Origin: Gekko japonicus | Taxonomy: Eukaryota | DNA: 64,000 bases | Direction of reading: 5' to 3' | NCBI RefSeq assembly: GCF_001447785.1 | Contig: NW_015172010.1 | Coordinates: 1,282,731 to 1,346,730, forward strand | Shown here: positions 34,401 to 46,400 of the stretch, in pieces | How the letters are laid out: each line of letters begins with the position of its first letter | Numbering within the stretch: the first letter of the stretch is position 1 | Made by a program: the position numbers and the translations under genes | Notes under the pieces: model-generated | Told to the model about the DNA's origin: nothing | Databases searched by the model: none | What the model saw: the letters and a program-made list of their open reading frames with translations, nothing else

Positions 34401-37400
34401 CTTTGATATAGTTAGACAGATACAGTCCATCAATTACCCTTGACTTCAATGTGGCTGTTTGTTTCTAGGAGTTTACAACATAGGCTAGTGTCAATAGGAG
34501 AGAGGTCTCCAATCTTTTGGGCCTCTGGGCACTTTAGACACAGGGTGGTGGTCACAACCACAAAATGTCAGAGAGTGAGGTATTGCAAACTGGATGCCTT
34601 TTAAATGAGTATATAGTTTAAAAATATTTTCTTGCATATATACAGCTTCACTGCAGGAATGATGGTAAGGTTCTTGTGCTGTGGTGGTGGCTGCTGCTGA
34701 AGCAACTTCTAAAAAATGTGCATAGCCAATCAAGCCCTGTTGGCCTACCTACTTTCTAAACTTCATTTCTGATATAAACTGGTCTGGGACGATACTTGGA
34801 AGGGACACTACTTGGAAATTCCACATATGGCACTTTAAAATCTCTTTGAAAACTGTAGCATGGAGGTCCCCAACGGGTGGCAGGGTAGGTGTCCGGCACC
34901 GTGTTGGGGACCCTTGCGATATGACATAGAAATATCCTTACAGTTTAACAGCATGAGTCACCTACCAATCACATCTGACCCATTCGCTATACACCATGCT
35001 ACCTTTTTAACTGTTGGGAGCAGGGCAGGCCCCACCCAACAGGCAGGTTAAAGGCAAAGATAGATAGATGTCTTAAATCAAACTGGAAGGCAAGTGGTAT
35101 TTCTGTCTCTGATTCCACACTCTGCTTTCAGACCCCAACCTGAACCTCAAATCTGGCTCTTGTTGATGGTAGCCGAGTTAGTAGGGGTAAATACCACCCT
35201 CTCTTAAAGAATTCTATGTTCTATATTTTTTCTTCTGTTTTTCAATGAAGAGTCTTCTGGTGTACCACCAACTTAAGCAGTCACTCTGTGGTTTACAAGA
35301 TGACATATACTTTATTGTCCCATTGTTGTTCTTCCTTTGCCATTTACTCCAAGGCAGCAGTTCTGTGCATGTTTGTATATTAATGGGTATGGGTAAAAAT
35401 GAAATAAATAAGTTAAAACACATTGGAATAAATGGCTGTAGCAGTTTCTTCTTGTGTTTTTTAATTTGTTTATAAGATACGATCATGTTAGACCTTCATC
35501 GTCAGGTGGCGTGGCGCCTACAAGGACACTCTACTCTGCTGCACCAGCATTGCAGAGTCTTGACTCTCAGTCAGAGCGAAACGCGCCCATAACCAAAAGT
35601 AAAGTACATGAGTCTGGAAAACGTGAAAAGAAAACAATAGTGCTCAGGGACAGGGGTAAGTACTTATGAGTCATTCTTCATTTTCTGTTGGGTTCGGGTA
35701 TGTCTGGTGCGTTACCCATTTATGGGATTGTAATTTTCTTATACAAAGAGATTTGAAGCACTTTCACGTATATAAATAGTCCCAGTTTTCAAAATCTTTT
35801 TATGTTGTTCCCCTAGTATGAATAGCAGCGATACTCAGTGGCATGCCACCTGACTCCTCTCAGCATCATTCCCTGCTATGGCACCATCCCCATATTCCAA
35901 GAAAGCTGGCAAGGCTGCTTCTTGGTGGGGCTTTTGGGTTGGCAGGTGAGTCCCACCTTGAAACAGCCATTACTGGGGGGGACGGGAGGCAGGATAAGCT
36001 GCAAGCCTTCATGAGCTGTGGGCCGTGTGCTAGGGATGGATGGAAAGAGTCCGCCCTTCTTCAGCAACTCTTCGCCCTTCTCTGCAGCCTCTGTGCTCTA
36101 ATCCTGGCAGCGGGGCAGCTGCTGGGAGGAGAGCAAGCCGGCCACAAAGAACGCAGAGTGAAACTACCACCGCGGCAGCCACCTGGGAAGAGAGCGAAGT
36201 TGGCCAGGGTGAGCATGTGGCAGCTTTAGCCCCCTTTCGCCATGTCCAGCTTCCTCTCCCGTGGTGTCTGGCCGTCTCACTCTTTTGCCTGAGTTGTTGT
36301 GTCTCATGCTGGGGGGAGAGCGAGAATGCAGAGAAGGGAGTATAGAGCACGTAGCCTTCCTGCTGCAGGAGCTGACTCTGCTTGTGGGGGCAGGCTCCCC
36401 TCCCTTCATAACGCTCATGGCCCCACCCAAGGAGGTTCCTACAGTGAGACGCCTGAGTGCCCTTTACTTCCATTTCTTCTTTCTTGCTGTCTCCCCAGCA
36501 CAAAGCAGAGCAGGCTCCTGGAGCCGCTGGCCAGATCTGTGCAAGCAGGTTCATCACCGAAAAGCAGGCACTTCGCCCATCAGCATCACCCGGGGACGTC
36601 TCTGCCATTTTACTGCTATAATTCCTTCAGTTTATGAATGCCAGGGGGGCCTGATTCTGCTTGGAACTATGGCAAAGAGAGGAGGAGTGGCTCCTCCCAC
36701 ACACACACACACACTGTTTCAAGAGCCCAAACTGCTGCAGGACTGAGCATTTGTAAAGTGAAGGAATTTTATCAGTAAAATGGTGGCGATGGCCTCAGCA
36801 ATGCTCCCTCTAAGCTGAGGAGTCTTGCGAGCAAAAAGTCCACTTTGTGAGCTACTGGCATTAAAGTTGTGAGCGAGCAGTTTGGCTACTGCAAAAATTA
36901 GTGTGCTCTGGAGCAGTGTTCCCTCTAAGCTGAGTTAGTGTGAGCCAGCTCACAGTTTTGTAGCCTCCGGCTCACAGATTTTTGTCTTAGCTCAGGAAGG
37001 ATGGCTCCAGAGCAAACTAATTTATGCAGTAGCCAAATTGCTTGCTCACAACTTTAATGCCAGGAGCTCACAAAGTGGAATTTTTGCTCACAGGACTCCA
37101 CAGCTTAGAGGGAATACTGCTCTGGAGCCATCCTTCCTTTTTTCATTGTTTTATTGAAGAACTGAATTACAAATAAAGATTACAATTTTAGCTAGTAATA
37201 TGTACGTTCTTACATCACAATTTTTTGATAGATGTACATATACATTTTTGCTTTAATAATCTACAATAAAAGCTTCTTTTCTTTTTTCTATCTCTTCAGT
37301 TCTTCTATCTTCTCAGTATTAACCTGTACTGCATTTTAAGTATTTTAAGCAAACCTTAACAGCATAACCACAAAATTAAAACAAAATACACAGGCTCAAA

Positions 37401-40400
37401 ACCAATCATAGTACTTCTTACTCTATTCTTCTTTGAACCTGAGTTCAGTCCGAGGAGGCCCATGGGCCGAAAGAACTTAACCTTTCACCCAAGGACTGTT
37501 AAAGGGAGGGCACATACCTGCATTTGCTTGCTGCTACCCGGTCGCCCTATTTCAGATATAACAAGGGCAGTCCTCAGGGAAAAACATGAATGCTTGTTGT
37601 TTAAAAGGAGTCTGTATTTTCATCTGACTCTTCTCGGTCTTCAGAACGACAGATTCTGGTTGCCTTAAACGGAGTGGGAGGTGATCTTGTTTTCTTTTTG
37701 TTATCTGTCTTCTCTCGTAGTTCACCTGGTGATTTATTTAAAACAGCCAGCAACTGCTCTCCAGATGCCTGGTCAAAAGCTGTGGAAATCACCTGCTTAT
37801 ATTCCACACAGAGTTTGCCTGTATTCAGCCAATGATACTTGATGTCTAACTCCCAGAGTTTAGTTGTAATTGTTTTCAACTCCCTTATCTTAAGGAATTC
37901 TGGTGGAAGATCAGGGAACACCTGTATCTTTACATCTTGATATTCCAAACCATTTTTTCCCTCTTGCCTGTGTTAATATCCATTGTCTGGTTCTGAAGTC
38001 CTTGAAATCTCGAATAAAACTGAAGTATTCGCTGTTTCCTCTCATTGTCTGACCACTTGATAAGCCTGTTGAATTAAAGCCACTCCTTCCTCTAGATTTA
38101 AAACGCCAACCAGCCAATTAGCAATAAAGTTTTTTCATTCCGTTCCTTTGTCAACATTTGGTTTAAATCCTCTGAATTTCAGATGTAGCTCACAGGAACG
38201 ATAATCCAAAGAAAGAATGCATTCTCTAGCCCATAAATCAGGGGAGTTGCAGGCAGTTTGTTTCTCCAATGCAGATACCTTCTTTAAAGCATTATAAGCT
38301 GTTTGCTTAGTTTACTTAAACTGTTCTTCTAATTCATCCATATGCTGGAGTGCTGGTTTTAGCATTTCCACAATGTCCATTCTTAACTCTTGTTGTTGTT
38401 TAGCCAAGGCTTCTAAAAGAAAATTTGTTGTAAGAGTAGTCCCTCCCTTATCAGTATTTCCTAAGTCCATTGTGGAGGAGGTTTCAGCTTCAGCAAAAAA
38501 CTCTGTCAAAGAAGGTATATTATCCATTTTTTGCTTTGCCTTCTGCTTCCCCTTCTTACCTTGCCTCGGAGGCATGTTTTCAGAATTTCAAATTTAAACG
38601 GGTTGAAAATAATAAATTAAGAGCAAACAGATGGCAAGCCGTGGGTAATGGCTACCTACCACCACTGGTCATAGCCGCCCCCCCCCCCGAGCCATCCTTC
38701 CTGAACTAAGACAAAAATGTGTGAGCTGGAGGATAAAAAACTGAGCTAGCTCACACTAACTCAGCTTAGAGGAAACACACTGGTCCTTGGGGATGTCGTA
38801 TCATCTAGTTTAGCCCTAAGAAACCGAACCAAGCATTGACGTGTGCATACAGCTGGAGGCTTAATTCTAAATGGCTAGGATCATCAGAAGCACAGAGCAC
38901 ATTTTACAGTGCAACCCTAAGTAATGAACTTAGAAGGGTGTAACTGTTTAGAACTAGTCTCCACTCAAGTGGCAGTTTCAGGGGACCTGCTTAGTGTTAT
39001 CCCACAAAAGTGAATGGAAACCACTCATTTGAAGGGAAAATTAAGTGCTGCATTTTGGGCCATGTTTTTAATCTGGGCAAAACCTGCTTGCTTCTAACTT
39101 CCAGGATCCTTGAAATGTACAGGGCCTCCCTTCTGGTACACTCTGCTTCTCCTCACGATGAGCATTTTGTTAGAGATGATTAGGAATTATTTTTCCTATC
39201 TTGATTTAGACTTTTGGTAACATTTTGGTGTTATGTTATGAGATAAATGCAGGACTTATATCTAATTCCTTGTGGTGTGTAGTGGCTACTTGGTACTACA
39301 AGCAAAGAGATCCTTCACTTCCAAAGGCAGTGAATGTCTGGATATCAGCAGTAGGGGGCAGCATCAGGGGGCCTGTGCCCTCTAGGCCGGGCAACTGGTT
39401 GGCCACAGTGAAATAGAGTGTGGGACTAAACGTGAGAGATATGATCCAGCAGGGCACCTTTTACATTTTCAGGTTTTTGTGACATTAGGATTGTGGTTGA
39501 TAGAACCTGGGCAGCTTTAAAAATACTAGGTATTGCTTTGTAGCATAAGCTAAACCAATAGCTAGCAAAAGTTCTTCCATGGCATATGCTTTTGAAGGAA
39601 ACCCAGGTATTCCCTTTTTCCTCTCTCAAGACTTATGTGGCTCAGGAGAAGAAAAGTCGAGATCTAACACTGAGAGTGACTTGGCATGTTGCAGTCTCCA
39701 AAGTGATATTCCAGAAACAAAGCCCCATTCATATTTGGAAGCAATCCGCTGTGGGCTTGAAGAGGAAGACTCTGACCCTGGAAGTTTGTATACTGATGGT
39801 GAACAGCTGTGTCCTTATGCGGCAGCTGGCACATGCCAGTTTGGTGACCGATGTCTCTATCTCCATGGGCAATTATGTGAAATCTGTGGGTTGCATGTGC
39901 TTCACCCTTTTGACCCAGAACAGAGGAAGACTCATGAGAAGGTAAATGCGACATGAAATATAGCCAGCTTCAACATGATGTTGTATTATATTAAAACCTT
40001 AAAGACTAAGAGATTTATTATGGCATAAATATTTATGGAGTAGGGTCCACTTAATCAGATGCTGCGAGAGTTCTTGTTTTTACTACTATACATTCTTCTC
40101 TGGGATCATATTTCATGTTCATTATGAATATAATTGGTTGGGAGGTGTTAAAATTCAGTTTAATATATACATATAGTTTGTGTGTGTACACATCCCTTAA
40201 TATTTGTTTTAATTTGGCTTTTGCCCCAATTGTTAGCCGCCCTGAGCCTTAGGGGAGGGCCGGATATAAATCGAATTATAAATAAATAAAATAAATATAA
40301 TATCTTACAATATACGACAAATACAATATGTATATGTTTATGAGATATTGTTTGTTGTTTACATTATTTCCCATTCCTGATGTACACTCTGCCCTTCTCT

Positions 40401-43400
40401 TACTGGTGCAATTTTTTCCTGACCTACAGGCTGTCTTAAAACGTGCTATGTCAAGGTTACTGGTTCTGTCTTAGATTCCATCCTTAGAACAAGCATTAAG
40501 TAGTGTTAACAATGGCTCTATAACAAAAATTGATCTATAGTATCCTGTTCAACCCATCAATCTGAACTTGGCCCACTGGTTACAGTCTGGGATTGTAAAG
40601 TGCTGGGTACACGCACACACAACATGTCGCAGGCTAGAAGCTGAATCCGGGAGGTTTACAGAGCTGCTGATTGACTCAGCTTGGTGCGCCATAGTTCCCA
40701 CAGACGCCACGTTGGGGACCTCTGTTTTATACTACAGTATCTATATACTAATAGCGAAGGCGCCCCCTGCGTGCGGATATCTAAATCCGCACATTGGGGG
40801 CACCTGGGGAGCAGGGAGATTTTCCTTCACACTTGGGGCAGTCCCCAGGTGTGCAGAAAAATCTGAAAAGTTTAAAAAACTATAGGGGAAAACTTAAATC
40901 CCCCCAAAAGTAAAAAAGCATTCCCTGCACATGCACAGAGAACGCACTTACCCCTGGGATCTGTGGCAGAGTCATGCAGGGCTCACCGCCGTTGGTGCTG
41001 GCGGTGGCAGCGGGGGTGGAGAAGCCGTGGGGGTGGCGGCTAGGAGCCGTTGCCACGGAGGTGGGGGGGGGAGAAGCCTGGCAGGCCCCGCAGCCAGGAG
41101 CTGAGCCCGTTGTTGCCGCGGCGGTGTGGGGGGGAGAAGCCTGGTGGGCCTGATGGCTCACAGCTGCGCAGGGCTTGTCACTGTTGCGGGTGGCGGTGGC
41201 GGGGAGAAGGCTTGGCAGCCCGGGAGCCGCAGGGAATACACCCACCCCATGAGTATCGTGGGTCCTGCTTCTTGTTATAGTATAATGTTTATGCAGCTGG
41301 AGTGGCAAACTAGATTTTTAGTAGAATCTACTACTCAGGAATGCTTAACATATTTCTCAATCATTTTTCTCATGTTGGAAGTTAGCAGCATTGTTGCAAC
41401 ATAGCGTAAACCTATAGTAACTGTTCCATTTCTTCCCCCACGTCCCTTTTTTGGCCTTCTCTGTATGCCTGTAGATGTGCATGGCTACCTTTGAACATGA
41501 GATGGAGAAAGCCTTTGCCTTTCAGGCAAGTCAGGACAAGGTATGCAATATCTGTATGGAGGTGGTTTACGAGAAGCCATCAGCATCAGAGAGGAGATTT
41601 GGAATCCTTTCTAACTGCAATCACACATACTGTTTGTCCTGTATCCGGCAATGGAGGTGTGTCAAGCAGTTTGAGAATCCTATTATAAAGTAAGTTCCTG
41701 CAACCTGCTGTTCTAGAATGTAATTAGTGATACTTCCTTCACCAATGTTAACATTTTCAGAACATCAAATAAAAGTAGAAGTTCAAGTAAAGTAGGTGGT
41801 GTCTGACTGGGTGGAGTTTTTAATAGAATGTGTGAATGAAGCCCATGAAGTCAATGGAACATCTATTCCCAAGTATTAGCCTGAAAGAGCGAAAGCTTTT
41901 TATTTTTCCTTTTTGGCCTTAAATATTGAAACTAGGGGTGTGCAAAAATAGTGAACCTGAAAAAATCAATATTTTCTGATATCCCCAAATCCCAATATCA
42001 GTATGATATCAGGAAATAATGAGGATTGCCAAATTTATTTGGCTCCATTATACCCTATGGGGACTGTCCCCATAGGGTATAATGGAGAAGGACGTGGGTG
42101 AACTTGTGTCTCTTCTGGGTTCACTCACGCATGGCGTGGCTTGCAAAATCCATTTAAAGGGAAAGTTCCCTTTAAATGGCTTTTGCAAGCCATGCTGCAC
42201 ATGAGTAAACTCGAAGCAGGGTAAGTCCCCTGCAGGCTCAGCTGGGCAGCCCGGCATCGGAAAGCTGCAAGAGGAGACAGCCAGCCCCAGCTGAGGCCAG
42301 CAGAAAGGCCAATCCTGCAGGGAGGACTCTCCCCAAGGCCAGCAGCAGATCCCCCCCCCTCCTTTCTGCTGCTGGCCTTGGGGAGAGTCCTCCCTGCAAG
42401 GTTGGCTCCTGGAAGGGCTCTGTGGGGCAGTCCGGTTTCAACTGGGCAGCCCAGCAGAGCCTATGGGCAAGAGGATGAGCTGGGGCAGTGCGGAGCTGTC
42501 AGCCAGCTCTAGCGGAGGCAGCATGGAGCTGACAGTGATCCTTGTGCTTTCCATTTTAGGTAGGTATCTTTTAAGGTGGGGAGAAGGTTTGGGAGGTGTC
42601 AGTTATCAAAGACTCTTAAATAATTTATGGCAAAAGTGTTACTGTTTTAAGCATGTTTGCATTTTAAGTTTAAAAAACCCTTTGTGTTTGTCGGTGTCCT
42701 TTATAAAGTTAATATCTTCGCTACTTGGCATTACATTTTATGACACACATGGCGTGGCCCAACAAAGTCCCATTTATGTCAGATCTGGCCCTTGTAACAA
42801 ATGAGTTTGACACCCCTGAGTTAGAGTAAAAGATCAAAGTATACAGTAATTTATATTCACATACTTGAAAAACTGCTTTGAGAAATCAAATGGTTGTTCT
42901 TTGTTGAAGGTGTTTGGCGAAATCCCCCTGATTTGTAGACATATACTAATTTACACTGTGGAACCATCTTAATTTATGTTTGAGAAAGCTGGATAGAATT
43001 ATATAGTAGTAACGGTTTAGAATCTCAAGATCTTGACTGTTTCAAGGGGTTACATTTAGCAGTTCAGTAAGGCTTTGCTGTTCTCTGATTCGCTTTAAAA
43101 CTGCCCTTTTCATGCTGCTGAACAGATTCTTCTCACCAAGGGTTTGCTTTTCATTTTGTTTTTAATTGCCTACTCAAGGTCCTGCCCAGAGTGTCGTGTG
43201 ATATCTGAATTTGTTATTCCCAGTGTGTATTGGGTAGAAGACCAGACCAAAAAGAATGAGCTGATTGAAGCATTTAAACAGGGTGTGGGGTAAGTATAAT
43301 GATTCAGGAAATAGAAATGTTTGATAGGAATAGAGAGAATAAAGATGCTTTGGCTTTGGGAAAATTTCTCATTAACAAGGTTTCTGTTAGCAGACATTTG

Positions 43401-46400
43401 CAGCCAACTTTGGGTAACCTAAAATCAACCTACAACATTTTGCTGTGGGCCCCCATTCCACCCCATCCTAATTAGGGGTGAAAGTTCAGCTAAAAGTTGT
43501 GTTCAGTCCAAATCCAAGGCTGGGGTGGGGGTTCCTGAACCATCCCCTCCCCCCCCACACACACAGATTTTCATCCTATATTTGACGCTTGCTGCAACTA
43601 CTGGAGGCCATTTTTCTCTTTTACCATTGCTCAACGAAAAACACCAGAGTAAGTGCTGTAAATAACCTGTTTTGATTCCAGATACTTTGTGAAGCTATAT
43701 AGCATTTGTAGGAAGCCTAAAATATAGTGAAGGTAGTAAGCATCATGATAGTATCATGCAGCAGGTGAATTTTTTGGCTACATGATAATACCCAAGTCAA
43801 AATGGTGGTATCTTTAGTAGAGGAAAATGGTGCCTAGAAGGGGTGGAAAGCAGAGTCTCCACCACCATCAGTAGATACATGAACACTTCACCTTCTTTTG
43901 TACACCACACACAATACTGTTTTTGTCGGGAGGAATGACACGTTATATGGTTTGTCAGCATGTGAAGGGACACATCATCCACCCCTCAGATTGTTCCCCT
44001 GTAAACTGGAGACCCAGTGGCTACAGTCTATAAAATGCTGCAGCCGGGATGATGACTGGAGTGGGTCATAGTGACCATATCACTGCAGTCTTGGCCCATC
44101 TAATCTGTTTTCAGACACAGTTCAAGGTGCTGGTGCTGACCTTTGAAGCCCTATATGGTTTGGGATCAACATACTTGAAGGGACCGCCTACTCTCTTATG
44201 AACCTACTTGGTCACTGCAGTCATCTTTTGAGACCCGGCTTGAGATTAGGTGGGGGGCAACCCAGGAGAGAGGGCCCTCTCAGTCATGGCACTGAAACTC
44301 TCCCCTACCCCCCCAGTTCAGAACTCTTCTGTCCCCTTCTGTTGCCATCTTCTGCCAGCAGATGAAAACTTACTTGTTTTGTTTGCATTCTCTCAGTGAT
44401 TCCTCCTTCATGCTAAATGTTTTAATGGTTGGTTTTATCGCTTTGTATGTATATTTTAGCTCTGGCTTTAATGGTGTGATTTTATTATGTGTGTTAATTT
44501 GTTAGCTGCCTTGGTAGCCCTTATGAGGGCAGAAAGGGGAGGTATAAATTTTTTAAAATAAAGTAAATGTAACGTGTAACCTCACTTCAGTTGCAGTGGA
44601 CAACAGAGCCTTTGTTGTGGTGTGTTCGAAGCCATTGGTCTCATTCTTCAACTTTGGTCAGTTCACTAGAAAGACTCAGGCTGTCTTTTCAGTTTTTTTG
44701 TTACCTTAGGGTAACATTGTATTCAGGTTCAAGATAAAATTGCATTTTGTCAGTTTCTTGCATCTACTTTCCCTCTCATTTGCTGCTTTATGTCATGTTT
44801 AGACACACTCTGTGGAACACTTTTAGAATACCCAGTGAGGGCCTGTAGACTTTATTGGATCTCAGAGGACCTAACAGTATTCTTGGCTTTTTGTAAATTG
44901 TGCTTTAGTTGTTATGTTTTTCTTCAGACTCGTGTATAGGTTTATTACCTTAATTCTGCAGTTAATGAGAATAAACATCTAGAAAATTTTGTTTTCCCAG
45001 TTTGTGTTTAGGCAACAGGTCTGTATTACCAAACTGTCCCATACATCATTTTGGCCCTTTTCACATTACTGTTCTAAACTGGATGTTATTAGTTGTTGGC
45101 TCGATTTTGAGTAAAGTGGTACGAGGACAGGGGTTTCATACAGCTGATTTTCTTCCATTAATGAGCTGTCTCTAAAGTGCTATGGTCATTTCAAACTGTG
45201 CTGCTTTCCCCCCCGTCCCTTGTTGCTGCGCAACTTTTAAAAAAAAACATTCCAAGGTGAGTACTATAGCGGCACCATTGAGACAGTGCTCACCTTATAA
45301 CGTAAAAAAAAGTCCAAGGAAGATCATGCAGCAAAAAAGGATGGGGCAAAAAGCGACATTGTAGGAGGTACTATAGACAGTTCAAACAGCACACCACAGC
45401 TATTCAGAAGCGCAGTGAAGGGGTTGAAAACGGAAAAAGCAGTTTTCCTCAAAAGCGGCTCAACCTTGCTTTGGGTTTGTATGACCAGGGAAAGAAATTC
45501 TGCTAGCAGCCAATTACTAAAATGGGACTGTCTGAAATGACAGAAAAAATCCATTAGCAACCATTTACTAAAACGAAATACAAAGGCAGTTTGAAAAGGG
45601 TCTTTGAGAATATTGTACTTAGACTTGCAGTGTGGTCTTGATTTTGACCCATGACTCTTTGTGGAAAGTATATAGAGTGGATATAGCCCTTCTTTACTAG
45701 GATAAAATATTTAAGCTAGCAATTAATTCAACAAATCAGTGTTTTGGCCAAACTGTCCCCATGTAAAACTTGAAAGCCTTAATCCCTTTATTTTTATTTA
45801 GCAAGTTAATTTACATCGTGCCTTCCTGTACAAAAAACAACTATGGCAGCTCACAGTCATTAGAACATAAAGTACAATAAGTATTCCTTTGAATGTAAAG
45901 GAACTTGTGAGTGGGACATGAAACTGTGTGGGAAAACTGCAGCCAAGACATTTTAAATTTTCTGTGACTGAGCAGTGTATTATTTGCATTCTGTGTAGCA
46001 TTTGGTTAAATGCTTGTTGCATCTAACAAAATGTCAGCTGTGTGGTTCTGTGACCTTCACTATTGCTCTGTTTAAACAGTGCATTTGTTTCTGAGCAGCC
46101 CAGGCTTTTGTTGTTTACATTGTGTTGCTCTGTATTTATGCAGTGTTTATGCTTATCAGTCACATCAAGGACTGTGCTATTAATATATCTAGAGCTAAAA
46201 TCTGCAGCTGCTGATTAGAACAAACAGCTTAGGGCTTTGGTGCCATACTGTGTGTACAATCTGTCTATTGGCTATAAATCATGTATTCCTTTGGAAATCA
46301 AAGTACAACTATTCCAAAAGCAGACCACTCAAAGGTGTGGAAAGAATTGGCCAGTAATCCTCCTGACCGATGACTGTATTCATGTGCCAATATTTTAGGG

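Larger units (their letters stand above)
36799..38782 (-). mobile_element. hAT MITE (outer) interrupted by a same-family MITE and an L1-derived element
   Basis: TIRs CAATGCTCCCTCTAAGCTG ... CAGCTTAGAGGAAACACACTG; the two halves rejoin when the inserts are removed. Confidence 0.85.
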
